In this document: positions 62,731 through 64,000 of the stretch, piece after piece
Layout: every line of letters begins with the position of its first letter
Numbering within the stretch: position 1 is the first letter of the stretch
Assembly: GCA_964016885.1 (NCBI GenBank)
Contig: OZ024745.1
Coordinates: 77,376,001-77,440,000 of the forward strand
Source of the DNA: Eledone cirrhosa
Lineage: Eukaryota
Reading direction: 5' to 3'
Length of the DNA stretch: 64,000 nucleotides
The notes under the pieces: model-generated
What the model saw: the letters and a program-made list of their open reading frames with translations, nothing else
What the model was told of the DNA's origin: nothing
Database searches by the model: none
Translations under genes and position numbers: made by a program

Positions 62731-64000
62731 TATATCATATAATGTTTGATATGCTTTATAATTTACCAACAAAATGAGAAGTTCTAGTGTTGATACACTT
62801 TTCAGTGGGTAATTTGTTGGCTTTGTAATTACTGTGAAAAGGCTTCAACTAGGAAATGCTAACTTGACTCATTGAAAGCTTACATCTCTCTTTAGCAACT
62901 TATCATATCATTTTCTCTATTGTTTTAAAATATTAACCTTTGAAATATCTAAATAGGATTTTAGATTAATTTTGTGTGTGTGTGTTTCTTGTTGAACTTT
63001 GAGATTAAGTAGTATATATGCTTACAAAATAATTAAATATAATATGTGTCACCATTTAATTTTGTTTAAAATTCCAGATGATTAACATGGATTAGTACGA
63101 AAAAAGTCAGATGGGAGCATGTTAAAAAAATATACCTTATTTAATTCTTAATCAGCTTTCTGATGATGACCCTTCAGAGCTTAAGTTAGCTTTATGTTGA
63201 TTTAGTTCATAATTGTTATCTGTTAGAAACTGTTTAATGACAAGATAAAAAGAAATAAAAAAGGACAGAAACAAAAAACAAAACAATTAAAATCACATAA
63301 TCTCTGATGGATGAAAACCTTAAATGATCTGTAAATGATTATTGTTAGTGTCACACTTAGGTCTTATGTCTTATAAAATAGCACAATGATTAAGGATTAT
63401 TAACATACATAGTCCAATGAAACTTAATGATTTTTTTAAAAAATACAAATTGAAATTTTTAAAAATATTTTTTCTTTAAATGTCAGAATTTTAACTTGGA
63501 ACAAAAATGAAATAAAATAAATCTCTCATTAATTTTTTTTTACATAATTTTTCTCATGTAATGTTTCGTTTTTGTATTCACTGATATTACCACATGATAT
63601 AGACAGTTAAGTTGATATGAAAATCATTTATAAGTTCAAATTCATTGTATTTAGTAAATTGAGTATAATTTAATCATATGTAATTTGCTGTTAGATTCTG
63701 TTTTAATACTGTTGATATCAATCCACCTGAAACTGTCTTTGGTTCTATGATATGTGATTGTATTCATTTATCTAAAAACCCTCCATTATAGTTTTATTTA
63801 AGAGCATTTAAATTAAGTTCCACACAGCTTAATAATGAAAACGTTAGTTATATTACTAAAACTCTCCAAATTATTGATTATTTAAAAAAATCATTTGAGA
63901 CTCATAAGCAGTGTCTTTTGTGAATAGTATAAGGCAGTGTTCATTGTGTGTTTGTATTTTTAACTGATGCTAGTAAAGAGAAACTAGCCAGACAAACATT

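Overview
AT-rich eukaryotic genomic DNA, very likely a coleoid cephalopod such as Octopus (inferred from the repeat content, not proven). The only host gene found is a plus-strand hyccin/FAM126 orthologue: three short phase-0 coding exons (17322-17363, 27563-27667, 39441-39575) separated by introns of about 10-12 kb. No later exon was recognised in the window. The rest is intronic or upstream DNA filled with RTE, CR1, Tx1/L1 and R4-like LINE remnants, tRNA-derived SINEs, TTAA (piggyBac-type) MITEs, mariner relics, non-autonomous Helitrons and microsatellites. The most notable signal is a set of microsatellite-embedded fold-back (inverted-repeat) elements carrying type I hammerhead ribozyme motifs: seven loci and nine motifs, some degenerate. 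One of them retains a Penelope-like GIY-YIG endonuclease C-terminus. All calls were made by eye; no searches or folding programs were run, and repeat boundaries are approximate.
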